A stretch of 64,000 nucleotides of DNA from Negaprion brevirostris (lineage: Eukaryota). The notes below the pieces were generated by a model. That model was not told the origin of the DNA, searched no databases, and saw only the letters and a list, made by a program, of their open reading frames with translations. Below are positions 62,821-64,000 of this stretch, in pieces. Each line of letters opens with the position of its first letter. The stretch's first letter is position 1. Where the stretch lies: contig JARDVH010000097.1 of the NCBI GenBank assembly GCA_030324005.1, positions 26,273,073 to 26,337,072 on the forward strand, in the 5' to 3' direction. Position numbers and translations under genes: made by a program.

Positions 62821-64000
62821 ACTTCAGTTACACAGAAATAGGTAAGCTGCAAGCACTAATCACACCTATGGGCAGTTTGCCGATTGGATACCCGGAAATC
62901 TGGCAGAATGGCTACTGTTGATGGGCCTGAAGTGGAATCTTAAAAGGAATAGATGAAATATTGAGTAATGGTTTTAAGCAGTGCAAATTTTGTGCAGCAC
63001 CTCTAGTAGCAAGAAGATGAAGGATTGGATCATGAAAATACACATGACCATTGTCAGATAAGTTACTGACCAGTTCTGAAGTTTCCCTCAGTAAAAGTAA
63101 GGATCCCTTAAATACCACTGGTTATGGCGGTATCCTAAATTTTTACGACTGTTCTAACTTTAATTTTGTGGCATTCCTACTCATGAAAGAAATGTTAATT
63201 TGAGACAGTTAAGATAATTTTTCTAATGCCCCAATCATCTGCCTCCAGGGATCCAACATTGATCCCTAGAGAAGGCCTTGGAGCATTACTGGCAGCAGGG
63301 TCTACTCCCAGTGGCCCCGCTGTGGAATGGTGAGCTGCTGTCCTTGGATTGGCTGGCAGCTCTGGGAATGAGAGCAAGCTCTACCCTCAGTGTAGTGCCT
63401 CAATTATGTAGGAGCCTGACACTGGCTGCTAAAGTCCCAGACACAAGAGATGTGGGGGTCTCCTACCATTTCTCCAACTGGTCAGCAGGATACCCATCGC
63501 TGCAACTAAATTCCACCCAAGCTGTGAGTCCCACCAATCCATGTTTATATGAAACCTTCACATGAACAGTAGTCCTAATCCCACATGCCTGCCATGTTTC
63601 CACATTTGTTCATCATCTTTTCCTTCTTGAAACACCTAATCTATTCTTAAATGTGAATATGATCCCTAACATTGTATCATCTGATTCTTCCACCCCTTCC
63701 TAATTTTGAAAACCCCTATCAAATCAGCCTTTAATTTGTCTCCAATAAAGATTTTTTTCCTTGTACTTGTGGTTCTTCATTCAGTTTTATATCACCAGAA
63801 ATTTGCTGCATTCTCTCTCTCCTCGCGATATTATTTCAAAAATGTGAATCCCTAAATTGCATATGCTACTTCAGCTATATTAAGGTTTTATGTAAGTTCA
63901 CCAGTACGTTTCAGCTTCTATTTTCTACACTTCTTTCCAGAGAACCCAATATTAAATTAACTTTTCCCCATTCAAAATATAGTTATTACTCAGTTTAAGC

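Noticed and set aside
1-64000. CRISPR arrays, operons or other prokaryotic-type systems
   Set aside because: The sequence is vertebrate intronic DNA with no regularly spaced repeat-spacer arrays and no intact long ORFs.

Overview
This is eukaryotic, non-coding-dominated DNA from a gapped assembly, most likely a cartilaginous fish (shark or ray). That assignment is inferred from HE1-type SINEs, CR1 LINEs with 8-nt tandem tails and Neptune-type Penelope elements. The only host coding sequence I can support is one 121-nt internal exon on the + strand (40418-40538), which matches glypican-5 (GPC5, exon 6-like). The rest looks like two giant GPC5 introns packed with decayed mobile DNA: CR1/L2 LINEs, tRNA-derived SINEs, several Gypsy LTR remnants, Penelope-like elements (PLEs), and PIF/Harbinger transposons with their MITEs. 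Nearly all ORFs in the supplied track are spurious, gap-spanning or TE fragments. Five structures stand out. (i) PLE terminal repeats carry a minimal hammerhead ribozyme with a compensatory stem change between copies. (ii) Two tiny fold-back PLE insertions consist only of inverted terminal repeat plus a 36-38-nt tail. (iii) A 6.7-kb block bracketed by two Penelope copies splits a Gypsy gag gene and shares one 11-bp target-site duplication (TSD). (iv) A TSD-bounded 2.5-kb LTR element has no pol but carries a coiled-coil ORF remnant. (v) One Gypsy remnant has its integrase inverted internally. I see no convincing novel protein-coding system. All calls were made by eye, with no database searches.
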